59,077 bases of DNA, filler included, from Sphacelaria rigidula (GCA_964200075.2; 8 parts of 8 records of this genome joined end to end with filler, not necessarily neighbours in it), one strand, 5' to 3'; numbered from the whole stretch's first letter, positions 11,093 to 23,597 are shown. The notes: generated by a model from the sequence alone, not told the origin. Program-made: numbers and translations.

Positions 11093-13392
11093 GTGAGTTT
11101 TCATAACACAAGCGAACCCTGAGGTGGCATCGAACATCAATAACTGACAGGTCGGCCAGTCGATAACTACAGGCAGTACATTGCAGTCATCTAAGACAGT
11201 ACTTGTACAACAACAGAGGAAACATCACGGCACAGCATAGCGTGCCTCCCGAACCTAAAAATCTCAGTGGGAAGGTTGCCGGAGGCGATCTTGCTGTGCT
11301 GTGCGTGCAGTCTATTATGTTCGTTCCTGAAATCCAGAAAGCAGAGGAACGAGTTGCAGCGGGTACTGCATTACTGAGGAGCCATGTAAAAGTGTCATCG
11401 AAAACCTGGACATACCCTCGGCGTTCCAGTCTGGTCGAACAATCGGATGTCGAGATCTCTCCTACCATGTGCACTGCTGTCCGTTGGCATAGCATTCTTG
11501 ACTATGCCACACTGTCGGTGGCAGTACGGTAATGCACTGATTTACGCTTGGGATAATAGCGTGACTTGGATCCTAACGCCGCGTGGCCGAAGTCTTGTTG
11601 GTTGTCCGAGCCTTGGACTCTCACCTTTTTCGAAAATTCAAACGAAACAGCACCTTGTTACGCAGTGCGGACGGAGTTAGTGTCACGTTTTTTACCACCC
11701 CTAACATCGAAGCGCGGTGTAGCCTACTCTCTGCATAGACTATTATTTCGCCCAGTACAACAGCTGTGGACCTGCACTTAAGCGGCATGAAGTAAAGCGA
11801 GATGATGAATAAGGTGGGTATTTTGGCGTGTCACAAGTTTTCCCCTGGCTACGGTAAAGGCAAGTTTTGCTGTCGCCCTCCGTAACCCGCTCTGTAATAG
11901 TGTGGACCTAGGCCATGGCCGAGGCGTTTGTTTTGCAATGGTTCTCTCTGTCTGTAGACCCGCACTGAGGCGGGTTTTCTATTGCTTTTTCGTCACCCAC
12001 CATATCGCGTTAGTTGTTGTACCGTGGATATTTTCGTCCTTTGTTCAACCCGTTCAGTAAGTACCACGAACCATTCCATTTGTTCGATATTTCCCCTTCT
12101 TGGATAATTTGGGCATGTCGGTATGTTTCACCATTTTCCCTCTGGAAAGTCGTACCTGGTGTTCTCCCGTGATTGTTTGAGCCACGGTGGGTCCATACAT
12201 CTTGGGTACACGTAAAAGTGTACTATACCATGTCCGAGGATATTGTATCGTGGACTTCCATCACAAATAAACATTCGCTCTCGTCGTAAATATGTAAATA
12301 TGATGTGCATTGCGTCTCAGCTCTCTCTCGTCGATATTATTCAAAAGTGCAACGGAAGGTGCGATGAAACAATTCATAGCATTTCCCACGCGAGAAAAGT
12401 ACGAAGTGTTCTCAGACGACGCCTTCGGAAAATGTTTTCCTTCGAACTGAAAATACCTGTCCCTTCGGCAGCGTTTTTCACGTGAAGAGTCGTTGGGGCG
12501 GATAGGGCCACGTCCGGGTGACTTGCTGTGCTAGCTGAAAGGTTTCCAAGATACTTGAGGCAATTTTTGGTGCGCACAGCCTAACCGTTGGCCGAAAAAC
12601 GAATCGCACCATCCCTTGCAGATTCACGAAGTGACCGTCCAGGAGCGCCCGGATCCTCTCAGGTAGCGCAGTGAGTCATGCAGAGGTAGCACTATCCGCC
12701 TCGCCGTCCTCTCGCGCGAAAAATGCTGTCGAAGCAGAGGGTCAAAATAGGCACTTTCGATCGAGAAACATTTCCGTTCCCGTAAGAAGTTTGGCCTTGG
12801 GATAGTATGATGAATTGTGGCTGGAACGGTAAAAAAGGCTGGAATAACGTCAACCAAGATACTGTAAACGGTATGCTGCTGTGCGCTGTATGCATGGAAT
12901 GGGTTCTGCTTGTACTCGGGCCCATTATTATCGACAGTGTTTTTTCGGAGATCTTTGCGCATTTCGGACAAAGGTGACTCTCGAAAGCTTGTGAGCGCCA
13001 CGGCGTACACATAGGGCAGCTCTCCGAAGTGCTGGGTTTTCCCGTGAATTTTCAGACATGTTTTCAGACATATCCACAAATGGAGGTTCGGAAAAGAAAT
13101 CAAGCCGAATTATTGTCGGAGAAGCCCAAACGCAGAGTCCGATATGTCTGAAAAATTCGAACGTCTCCGAGAAATAGTGTTGTTAACAATAGGCCTCGCA
13201 TACACAAAACTCTCGGGTGTCGGGTGACACTGCAGTTCGCAATCATGGGTTTCCTCTTTGGTCCGCATTAAGGCGGGCATCGACCTTATTTCGCGCCAAG
13301 GCGGCAATACGAGTAAGGCCAAGGCACAGTCTTTCCTATCGCCATTTTCCATAGCATGGTGGGTAGCCCCCCCTCTCCCCCCCGTCAAAATG

Positions 13393-13622
13393 GGTGGGAA
13401 ACGTTCTGCAAGATTCTGAATGACGAGGCTGAAGAAGGAAAAAATAATCAGCGAGGGGCAAGCAGGGTTTAGACCAAAGCGCAGGTGCGTAGATCAGGTG
13501 TACACATTTAGTTTGAATATTCAAGATACAAAAGGCGTGGGGCTAACAATCTACTGTTTCTTTCTTCAATAGACTACAGAAGGCCTATGCCAAAGTATGG
13601 AGAAATGGGCTGTGGAAAAAGT
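13393..13622 (+). mobile_element. Degenerate non-LTR retrotransposon (LINE) reverse transcriptase fragment
   Basis: Translates with frameshifts to TFCKILND...ISEGQAGFRPKRRCVDQVYT...YCFFL...KAYAKVWRNGLWKK; same family as 43920-44285. Confidence 0.85.
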
Positions 13623-13689
13623 TCAAACCCTGGATATAATAGCCGGCATCTATTGTAATAGCAATATAATCTGCCGCAATAGATGCCAA

Positions 13690-14020
13690 TATTGTCGTCC
13701 GTGATGGCTATCGATCGTCAAGTTTCTCTTCCTATTGTCGTCGGCAATCTCTATCCGTAGACCCCTTTCCCACACCATTTCACGGGCAGCTGTCTATTGT
13801 GGCTCTACACCGAAAACTATTGTCGCCGACCGAATACATCGATCGATAGCTTTTCGAATATATTGATGACGGCAATGGTCAGCGATAGATTGTGTGCCAA
13901 ATATACTGATCACGGCGATGACTATGGATAGATTGAGTACCAAATCTATTGATGACGGCGATGGCTATTGATAGAGTGCGTACAAGATCTATTGAAGGCG
14001 GCAATGAATATCGATAGATA
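13690..14020. repeat. Degenerate 43-bp periodic array, probably subterminal repeats of a DNA transposon
   Basis: TATTG-type unit starts at 13690, 13733, 13818, 13861, 13904, 13947 and 13990; a reverse-oriented unit lies at about 14461-14488. Confidence 0.75.
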
Positions 14021-14696
14021 CATATCATAATTTATTCCGGTATACAATGCCTACCAATATTCTCTCCCGTCTGCTGCCACACCTACATTTAACACACCAT
14101 CTATAGAGCATATTATACCCTGTTAAAGCACGGCAGAGAAGCCGCAGGTGAACCTGCAGTGGGTACATGATAACACTACTTGTGAAACAACGACGTCACG
14201 AGTCTGCAAATTTGGAACGGTTGTATGATGTAGGAATCCGCAACATGTATCGACAAACGTTTACGAGTTTTGTTGTTGGTGTGATGGTCCTGAGGGTTTG
14301 TCCCTCTGATGGACATAAGCGCTTTAGAACTTTTTTTGCGTCGGGTGAAATGTGCTTATACTCTGTACAGTAGACCATATAATAGAACATTGCGGCTGCA
14401 ATAGCCTCGAAAACTTGACTGTCATGTTTATTGTTAGTCATAATCGACTGGCATCACTGTCTATCAATAGCTGTTGCAGGCGACAATATATTCGGAACAA
14501 GGGACAGGATGTATCATTGCCGTGGCAATGAAATGGCTATGTTTTCCATCAATCCATATTCATTTTGCAACAGGCTCTGAATTGCGGCCACCAATGTTCA
14601 GTGCTACTCGCAGTAGGATCTGCAACGCGGCCACCAATACATGTTGTTGGTCACAACAGGATCTAAATGGCGCCCACGAATGCCCTTTTTTTTTTT

Positions 14697-14796
14697 NNNN
14701 NNNNNNNNNNNNNNNNNNNNNNNNNNNNNNNNNNNNNNNNTTAATTAATTAANNNNNNNNNNNNNNNNNNNNNNNNNNNNNNNNNNNNNNNNNNNN
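14697..14796. other. Artificial contig spacer
   Basis: N44-TTAATTAATTAA-N44. Confidence 0.98.
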
Positions 14797-15468
14797 ACTT
14801 CACGTAGCACTGCGATTTGACAAGTTCCCATCAAACGAAATACCAAACTGTAGTCAGCTGCGAAGTGTAGAGAGTTGAGGGTGGCATGTGCGGCGGAATT
14901 AGGAAAACGACTGAAATCGCATTTACGGTTACAGTCGGTTGTGCCGCGGCCGCAAAGTGATGGTGCTGCACTAGTTGTGGTTGTGCAACGATGCATGTCG
15001 CACAGTACGCGCGCAGGGTCTGAGATGGCACGCAGACGAGACCTCCAGCGCCCCAAGGCGTGGGGCTTGTAGAAAACGTCACAGTTCCGGCTGAGGTTGC
15101 TGTACTCTAAAAGCAAGTGAACCGCTTCTCGACAGAAAAACGCGATTTCACTGCTCAATTTAAAGTCATTTTCCATGAAATTTTGACACGATATGCATGG
15201 GTTATATGTGAAGCTCCTACCGTTTGCCCCTCTTTTTTTCTTTCCTCGTGCGTTATTTGTGATCTTAAATTCGGAACGAACTTTCCTGGTGCAAAAGCGT
15301 CGACAATTCATTGAAAAAAATGGCGAGGGGGAAAAATAGGGACTTCACAACATATCTCATGCGAATTGTGTCGGAATTTCGTGAAAACATACGTGAAAAT
15401 GAACAGCATAACCGCGTTTCATCTTTCCGTTGCTAGTCCATCTCCACATAGGAACCAGTCTTGGACAC

Positions 15469-15804
15469 GAACATGCGATTTAGCAGCTTAATTTCGGGTC
15501 GTTTTCTATGAAACTTCAACACGATGTACAGGATGTATGTGCGAAGACGCCACCCTCTGCCCCGTGATTTTTTTCTTCTCCGTGAGTTATCGGCGACCAA
15601 AAATTTCAGAACAGTTTATTTTGGACGAAAATCGTGGATAACTAAAAAATATATATGTAGAGGGCCGAAAATGGAGTCTTCGTACATACGTCCTGTATAT
15701 TGTGTCAAAATGTCATAGAAAACGACCCAAAATCATACGTCCTGTGCATTGTGTCAACCTTTCATAGAAAACGACCCAAAATTGAGCTGCTAAATCGCGT
15801 GTTC
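15469..15804. mobile_element. MITE with ~70-bp inverted repeats and an internal 49-bp tandem duplication
   Basis: GAACATGCGATTTAGCAGCT... pairs with ...AGCTGCTAAATCGCGTGTTC. The duplicated unit CATACGTCCTGT...GACCCAAAAT starts at 15685 and 15734. Confidence 0.75.
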
Positions 15805-17466
15805 ACATCCCTGTCCGCGTCTTGGGCGGCCCAGCCTGTAGTGTATGGAAGAAGCGTATTGGCCATCCACATGTTGGAGATGTCTCCATTAGGAGTAGAA
15901 ACGATGCTCCGTCTCGAACGGGATGCGTCGTCAATAGTCAAACGACTAGGGCAAGCAACAAATGAGAAATGAGTACCCCCCCCCTCTCGTTCCCCGCCCC
16001 CCGCCCCCCAACCGGCATTTTTAAATCCCCATCAGTGCTGTTCCTTTTTTAAAATATCGAGGTATTTTACTTGAATTATATTTCAGCATCCGCGGCGTCA
16101 ATTGGAGACGGTCATGCTCCAAGGCCCAAAGCATACCGAGACTAGAGGGGCACACATCCTTGGAAGAGAGGTCGCCACATCATCACCGAAACATGGCGCT
16201 ACAGACCAGTCACCGCGCATTTGGCAGCGGGATGCGAAAGGGTGCATATCACTACGGAAGGGGGAAGCGTCTACTGCACGATATATATATCCCGCCACGG
16301 CAATACCCGACGAAGTTGACTCTGTGTGTTTCTAGTGATAGTACAGCGAGCACTGTAGTACTGACTGTACGATGCGAACCATGCCTAGGCAGGGCTAGAA
16401 TGCCCGCGATCCATTCGTAAAAAAGAATCATGTTGCAAGTCGCTCCTCTTCTGGAACCAAGTGTAAACTCCGCAAAAGGCGATCATGCGCCTGCAATAGA
16501 AAGGTAATTATGTTCACGTGGGACCATATCACCGAAGAATATCCGGTTGATTCTGATGAAAGAAAACTGCAGCAACCGCCCCTGTCATTTTCAGATCGTC
16601 GTGGTAACCACCACGCTAAATCTGGCAATGTGAAGGAGGAGGCGTTGCCCCCTGCCCGAACAGGTCCGCGGTGGTCATTGGCACAAGACACTCTTCACTT
16701 TGGCGACGTTGTGAGGCCGCGTCTTGCTCGACCCAGCGTTTGAAACCCAAGGGCATCTGCCTGTAACATTTGGAGAACCTTAGCTGGTAGTTATTCCCCG
16801 TTTTGGTGCCAGCCTCGACCGACAGGGGGCCAACGTCAACAACAAGGATGGCAAGATCTATCCCTGCCCCCGCGCGGATTTCCTGTCGTTACCCTCTGAA
16901 ATGATTATCAGAAAGTATTCTAGTTTTCGGAATCACGGCAGGTTCGTGCACAATCATCCTTTCACGCCACGCAGCGCACAAAACGCCTTGGGTCGCTGAA
17001 ACTGCTGCGTCAACACCTAGCTGCGGCTTCAACGCACACATACATCAGCTTTCAGCATCATTAGACACCAGGGGTGCTGTGTTGGGGTGCTTCATCTCGA
17101 AACATACCGCCTCCATATTGTTGAATACGAACAACACTGGTATTGCTATTTCCTCTGACACTGCCGCAGCCGCGCCGCCGAAAGTGGTGCATATCGACTA
17201 TATCATGCTTTGGGCAAACGGGACACTTTCGCAGTGCGGGGTCATTTCCTAGAGAGGATTGCAAGGTCGAAAGTCTTGTCACCCGGGGGTGGTACACTGG
17301 TTGTACCCCGTCGGATACACGATGGTATCTTTGAGGGGTGCTATCTGCGGACCGTCTCATAATAGCATCAAACACTAAAATATAGAAGATGGATCGAGTA
17401 ATGAATCCGGGCGAGGGAAGACATATCGATATATACATATGTTGACTTATACGTGCACTGTAGTAC

Positions 17467-17600
17467 CTGTGCATGCATCCTTGATAACCCAATTGTAACT
17501 GGCGGCGATACCCAATCCAGAGGCGGCGTGCTGCAGTCGCCTCCTCCAGTGCACACTCTCCGCCCTCTTTCTCGCTCGAACAGATGACGACCGGGAGGGT
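17467..17600 (-). CDS. Candidate exon, possibly a CTP-dependent lipid kinase / cytidylyltransferase-family membrane protein (DGK1/phytol kinase/dolichol kinase-like)
   Basis: CTTCTCTTACAG| acceptor and |GTACTA donor. One frame reads ...ESVHWRRRLQHAASGLGIAASY..., resembling the R(R/K)xxH..G motif before a TM helix in that family. A phase-compatible upstream exon lies near 17708-17838. Confidence 0.4.
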
Positions 17601-18361
17601 CTGTAAGAGAAGATCACGGGCAACGCCAAGCAAAACACCACGGCAAGCACGCTACTTGTCATGTTCACATAAGACTAAACAACCGAAGACCGGGCAGCAT
17701 CGCTCACAACGAAACCATGACCTGTAGAAGCGCTTGCTGTTTGGTACTTTCAACATCAACCGCGATATGCTGACAGTCCCGTACGGATTTGACGGATATT
17801 GCATGAAAATCCGAGAGAATTGACGGATTGCTTTGCATTTTTCGTTTTTTTGCCGGGCTATCGAGACACAGAAGGTGATAGAGTTGAACAGAGGAGGAGT
17901 GCTGTGTGTACTGCGACTCTAAGCGTTTCCTCCACAGTCGGATACTGGCCCCGCTGGTTGCTTCCCAAGGAACTGTTTGAGGCGGGGCCATGTTGTGAGC
18001 TACTGTATTGTGGAAGCAAGATAAAGGAGGACACTTGGTTTCCAAAGCTGTGTGAGCCAGGTGTTCACATTCAAAAAAGGGCCCTCACTCGAGAGACGAG
18101 ACGAATTGGCGCGGTAGTGATTTCGCGCTGCGAGGCGAGAGGAAAGCACGCACTTGATTGATTTTGCAAATCCGGGCCAGGTGACAGCCATTGGACTCGG
18201 CTAAGCTTCGCACCGTGGACCTCCAGAGAAAAAATCGTCGGGGGGTCGCGTTATTTCTGTCCTCCTGGCTATTTACGAATAAGTAGGGCGCTCATTTCCG
18301 CTGTTCTACCACAGCTAGGGAGTGTGGGGCAACCGACAGGACATTCGAGGTTCATTGCCCC

Positions 18362-18437
18362 ATGTCTGCGACACGGTGGGGCGAAGGCGAGGGTAGCCAA
18401 GAGTTCACACAGGCCACCCAAGAGGAGCCCGCTCTAG
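18362..18437 (+). CDS. Candidate first exon with SQ/TQ cluster
   Basis: ATG at 18362, MSATRWGEGEGSQEFTQATQEEPAL, strong G|GTGAGC donor (phase 1). Confidence 0.45.
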
Positions 18438-19457
18438 GTGAGCTAACCGTAGGCAACAAACAATCTATGGTACCTTGCTGCCATACTTTGCCGGGTTATA
18501 CTGCTGTTGTCGCGCAGTCACGAATATGTCTCTGGTGGGTGTTGGTGTTGACGTAATTTTAGACATGAGAGCGTTGTTCCATAGAGCAGGGATAAAAAGC
18601 GAGCCGGTGCATGTACCTGAATCGACCTGTCATATGTCTGTCTCTCTATCTCGCTTTATTTGTTGCATTTTGCAGCGTGACGTGACTTGGATAACCTTAA
18701 TTCATCGATCTATCACACGCTAATTTTGCCATCGCGGCATTTCCTGTGTGTATCTATTTCCACTTCCCGCCTCCACGCCCCACTGACTCCTCTGACCTGA
18801 CCAATTTGGGCACCTGCATTTACAGAAAAATCTCGCGCATTCGCTCTGCCTCTCTGCATATCTATTATAGGGGTGGGGGCGGGGGGGCAGTGATGAACTA
18901 TATCGACATTTGCCAGTGTGCGAGATTTGCTCTGCCTATGAGGGCGTACTGTACTGTAGGCGAATACACTGGCCATCTGCACGGGACTGCTGTTGCAGTT
19001 TTGTATTTATACAGTACGGTAGTTGTGGTTGAAATGCACGCGGTACAGCCAGTGTACATACCATGCTGGAACGAGACATGATATGCTTGAAATTGAAAGT
19101 ATTCCTGTTTTGATGGGACGGTCACTTCGACTCCCAAAGTACAGACAACACTTTCATGCAACAGTCAATTTTGCTTTTCTTTACCCCCACTGCATAATAT
19201 ACCCTGGCTTTACGGTAGTGTTCGAGCAAACGTGCACAATTGCCCTGACTGTTACACTCCAGGAACATGACATTTTGTCGTGTATCTGCTGCTTCGGTCA
19301 CTCATGTACAACAAGAGTAGCTGTGTATACAGCCAGTTCGCCCCCCAAAATAAATTCCAAATTTGGAAACGTGCGTGATTTTTTTGTGTTTCCCGCCGCC
19401 TTGTTCTTTTCCATTTCCACATGTGAAAGTTGACACCCACGATAATCAGCCCTGTAG

Positions 19458-19617
19458 CTCGCCTCACTCAGTTTTGGGGTCCCCACAGCCTAAAGTATGG
19501 TATTACACACACCAGGACTGCCTACAGTGCATGTAGGTATGACCTTGCTGTCCTTGGGGATGATCATGATGCTATCGGGCACTGCGCTACTGGCATAACA
19601 AAGTATGGGACGTCAGG
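19458..19617 (+). CDS. Candidate second exon of the SQ/TQ gene
   Basis: CCCTGTAG| acceptor, phase-compatible with 18362-18437, giving EEPALARLTQFWGPHSLKYG...; donor position uncertain. Confidence 0.3.
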
Positions 19618-20499
19618 GTGTGGGACGGGCCCAAAATCAGTCAGCATGAAACTGTCGTTTTCCCATTCAACGGCTTGAAATTGTAATCGTGGATCAAAAT
19701 AATCCAGAAGTACATCATTGGACCGTGTCTCGCGTCTCACGCCCGGGTGCGGCCACTAATCCACGTGCTCCTTTTTTGGTCGCGATAATTCGTTGAGACA
19801 GGGAAAATCCGTTTCCAAACTGATTTGTGCCTACGATGATCACTGGTGCGAAATATACCGGGTGTCTGAACTATGTTTTGTTCAGAAAGGATTTTGCTCG
19901 CCACAGCTCCTCGATAGAAATCCAAAGTGCTGTAGCGTCGGTAGATTTTGGTAAAATGAACAGATCATCTTCCCCCCCCAGTGCCCAAGTTAGTGTTCGT
20001 TGGTTTTACCGGGAGATACGAGTAGATACCCCGTTTATCAGGAGGGTGTTATTGACCGTGAAGCACAGTTGTTCGGCCCTATTGATCGTGCAATGAGTTG
20101 ATGAAAATCCTAAAAATGAAACCTGTACATTTCTTGACAAATACGATCGGGACGGAGGACGGGCTGGATTGTTGCAAATAGCCAATGTGAGATAATCAAC
20201 CAAACAGCGATCGGGACAGGCTCGATCGACCGAAAATCCCGACGAGTCAGAATCTGGGCTGAAACGTGTCAGGACCTCCGAGAACCAGTCAGCCCGTAAG
20301 TCACTCATTATTAATTACATGCAATTTTTTGGGAATGTGGAGCGGATACAAGTATCTTCAGATCCCCAATGTTATGATCGGTGGCAAGCGAAAGAGGGTA
20401 AGAAAATCGCCTACTACGAAGAAATTACAAGATGAATAGTTCAGGCGCCCAGTACTGGAATAACTTATACAGGTGAAAAGCGTGAGGGTACGCATTGCT

Positions 20500-20528
20500 T
20501 TGTTGTTGTTGTTGTTGTTGTTGTCTTC
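20500..20528 (-). repeat. (CAA)n tract preceded by GAAGA, likely the 3' tail of a severely truncated RTE LINE
   Basis: Minus strand reads GAAGACAACAACAAC..., matching the GAAGAC-plus-triplet tail at 37899-37974. Confidence 0.45.
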
Positions 20529-21049
20529 TAGAGCCAATTATTCATTGGGCTTTCCTTCACCATTAGACAGCAACCCCCCCGCAGGTGAATGATGGACTAT
20601 GTCACCTTTGGGGTTCAGAGTAGCTCTTTTCTCGCTACACAGAACGCCTTTTTCATGAACATGTGGATGTTTGGCATCTAACTAGAAAATAGTCTTGGAG
20701 AAGCCCTGACCGTTCTTGACTCTGCGGTCAACTGTGCAGCCAGTATGTGTGCTCTATGTCTCCGCTGATGTACAAGGGCAAGAAACAGTCAGCGTTCTAT
20801 CGCTCTCCACTGAGCACAGTCTACTGCATGCTGCTGATGTCTGCTCATTGTTTCACAACACTACAGGCAGCGCGAAGCTGTGTTGGCAACATATGGGGAA
20901 GGGGTCAGGGAGGCGATATAGACCAAAAGCACGTTGTTTGTGTCCACATTATTGATGGTTGAATTGGCAAGGCTAAAAATGATAACTACGGCTAGACGGC
21001 AAGTGGGCCGCCTGTAGTCCACCTGTAGGGGAACAAAGTGACCATTATC

Positions 21050-21625
21050 ATAGCCGTGATTGGTCAAGATGATCACTCCGCTCCTCTCGGGCCTGTCTCT
21101 TGGCTTAGAATTCTCCGTGGGAAATTTTTTCCAACATGGTTGATGTGATGAGCTTTTCGGCTGTCCTGCAAGCAGGCCCTACCCCCTATCAAAAACCACC
21201 CCCCCACCCGCCCGAAACCCTCGCATGTCCCGAGACTGTTAGCCGATGAAACTGCTCCGAGGCGACGCTCGCTTCCCCAGGGTCAACCGTTAGCGAGAGT
21301 AGGTCATCTGCTGAGTCGGCATCAATTTTACTTGAAGAAAGTATACATGATCAAGTTGGACTACTCTCGCGGTCTAAGGGTTAACCCTCAGACAGCGAAC
21401 ATCGCCTCGGAACAGTTGCACAGGCTGACAGTCCGGAGACACTCGGGAGTTCCCAGTGGTCAAGGAGTTTTTGACGGGCGGGGGGGTGTCTGTCCGCAGA
21501 GCAGCAGCGGGAAAGCTCACAAAGTCAACCATGTGTCTGTGGAACTTTCCCGCGGAAGATTCTAAGCCAGGATCGAGGCCCGAGAGGCGCGGAATGACCG
21601 ACCATCCTGACCAATCATGGTCGTC
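21050..21625. mobile_element. Stack of three piggyBac-type elements at one TTAA site: two inverted ~235-bp termini flanking a 94-bp mini-MITE (21287-21380)
   Basis: Left arm ends CAGGG|TCAA, mini-MITE CCGTTAG...CTAAGGG|TTAA, right arm starts CCCTCAG. The arms are diverged reverse complements of each other. Confidence 0.7.
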
Positions 21626-21656
21626 AAAATGAGCACGTGGTTCCCCTACAGGTGCA

Positions 21657-22094
21657 CTGTGTTGTCGTTTTCGTCCCATTTATTCTGGGCACCAGTCTAC
21701 ACCTTTCGGTATATGTAGGCGCATCAGCCGGCGTCACCCAGGAGGAAGGTCGACACAGGGGCTTTTCAAGGGCGAGTCGAGTAGAGTATACTCAAATGCG
21801 GGGTCTTTTGAAACTCGCACTTGAAGTACACGAACTGGGGGTAGGGTTCGGATCACTTTCTAGTTATTTTTTGGATACGACTCCTGACACTCTACCCTAA
21901 TTTGAGTACCTCAAGTACGTCTTTCAAAATACCCCGCAATTGAGTATGCTCTAGTCGACCTGCCCTTGGAGTTTTTTCCTTTTTTATTTGTTTTTCAATA
22001 CTTCTGCGGTGCTTGCCTTTTTATTTTTATCGCGAGAGGGGTTCAGCAGTCCCTTCCCCTCGTCGACCATAAAGTCGCATTTTGTGTAACCACG
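21657..22094 (-). mobile_element. tRNA-derived SINE copy (head cut by the contig end), interrupted by a MITE
   Basis: Collinear with 26099-26437 and 28269-28630 after removing 21767-21968. Confidence 0.85.
21767..21968. mobile_element. 202-bp hAT-like MITE nested in the SINE
   Basis: TIRs CAAGGGCGAGTCGAGTAGAGTATACTCAAATGCGGGG and CCCCGCAATTGAGTATGCTCTAGTCGACCTGCCCTTG; flanks GGGCTTTT and GAGTTTTT. Another TIR fragment lies at about 22569-22592. Confidence 0.8.
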
Positions 22095-22194
22095 NNNNNN
22101 NNNNNNNNNNNNNNNNNNNNNNNNNNNNNNNNNNNNNNTTAATTAATTAANNNNNNNNNNNNNNNNNNNNNNNNNNNNNNNNNNNNNNNNNNNN
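22095..22194. other. Artificial contig spacer
   Basis: N44-TTAATTAATTAA-N44. Confidence 0.98.
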
Positions 22195-22227
22195 GTTGAT
22201 GGGGGGGGGGGTGGGGGGGGGGGGGGT

Positions 22228-22267
<40 letters not shown>

Positions 22268-23109
22268 GGCATCGCAGCGACCAATCAGCGATCGTTTTTC
22301 AAAAAGAGGATTTGAAAAAAAGGGGGAAATCCCGTTCGATGAAAAGGGCACTGATAGAGTACAATAGCATGTCACTGTGCTCCTGTACTCTCCGTTGGTT
22401 GTTCTGACTCTGCATTGAAAGTGTGATCCAGGTCATCACGGTCGGGGTGGTCATGCGGCATTGACCAGCCACAAGTGCTTTTGCTATATTCCTCGGTTGC
22501 GCATATGTCGATGATGCACCCGGGTGCACATATTATTTTTCTGCTTCGCGGACGTTAGTGTAGAGTTAAAGGGCAGGTCGAGTAGAGTATGTACTTTTGA
22601 GTATGCTCCTGCTCGACGAACGCATACAGGAGAACTATTATATTGACCCTAGCATTCTCCTTGGAGGAAAAAGACAAACGAACGACTCTCGATATTACTT
22701 TCACACCAACTACAAGGCCGGAGCGTGCTCGCCATTTTTGAGTTGTGTGCTTCGAGCCCGAATGCACCCACTGGGTTATAGCCCTTTCCAGGGGACATGC
22801 CGCGCTCAGCAGGAAAAATCGGACAATCGCATTATTTCTTCTGCAGGTTTTGAGGGTCGGCTTGAAAAGCACGTGGAAATAAGGATCAACCCCGAAATGT
22901 GTCAGTGGTGCTGAGGTGTATGTGGCGTCTGAATAGGAATAGCGTTACCTCAACGCACGATTTCTCCCTGTCAAGGATGTAGTCCAAAATCAAGTGTATT
23001 CCAAGAAACCAAGGAAAAGAGGCGATGGCTCAGGATGGTTAGTAGAGTGACGCCAAGCACCCCGGATACTTTTCGGAGGCTAGCAACCCCCCCGCCTTTG
23101 GCACCCCTA

Positions 23110-23413
23110 CACACGCAGCCGTTTGGCTACCCCCCAAAACGCCTCCAGAGGGATGCGCGGCCCTCCAGAGGCAAAACAAGCCTCCGCAGGCCTTCAATCC
23201 CTCTGAAGGAAACCAAACACTACCGCCCTGGAGGGCCGCGCACCCCTACGGAGGCGAAAGCAAGCGTCCCGGTGCGTTTAATCCCTCTGGAATCAACAAA
23301 AAAGTATTCCTTTGGAGGGCCGCGCACCCCTCCAGAGGCGTTTAGTTCCTCCTGAGGCTCGAAAAGTTTACCGCCCTGAAGGAATTTTGGGGGTAGCCAA
23401 ATGGCCGCGTGTC
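23110..23413. mobile_element. 304-bp MITE flanked by TA, with internal GGAGGGCCGCGCACCCCT repeats
   Basis: TA|CACACGCAGCCGTTTGGCTACCCCC ... GGGGGTAGCCAAATGGCCGCGTGTC|TA; the internal motif occurs twice forward and once inverted. Confidence 0.75.
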
Positions 23414-23597
23414 TAACTCTCATCATGTTAGCCGTGGGGCTGGAAGCCCATATTTGCTTATACTTTGTACCTATTACTTATGGTTAACATCGTTTTCGCT
23501 TCTCGCAATTTCGTTCTAAACCACCGCGCGTGCGAGAACCGTGGCGTTGGTACCTGCGGCGGTGCTGCCACGTGCGTCAGCCGTGGCTCACCACTAG

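Noticed and set aside
11957-11978. Rho-independent terminator-like hairpin ACCCGC...GCGGGT plus TTT
   Set aside because: The stem is short and the DNA is eukaryotic with no upstream prokaryotic gene; chance or a TE end.
13690-14020. CRISPR array
   Set aside because: The repeats are degenerate, the linkers are only about 14 nt and partly homologous, there are no cas genes, and the context is eukaryotic.
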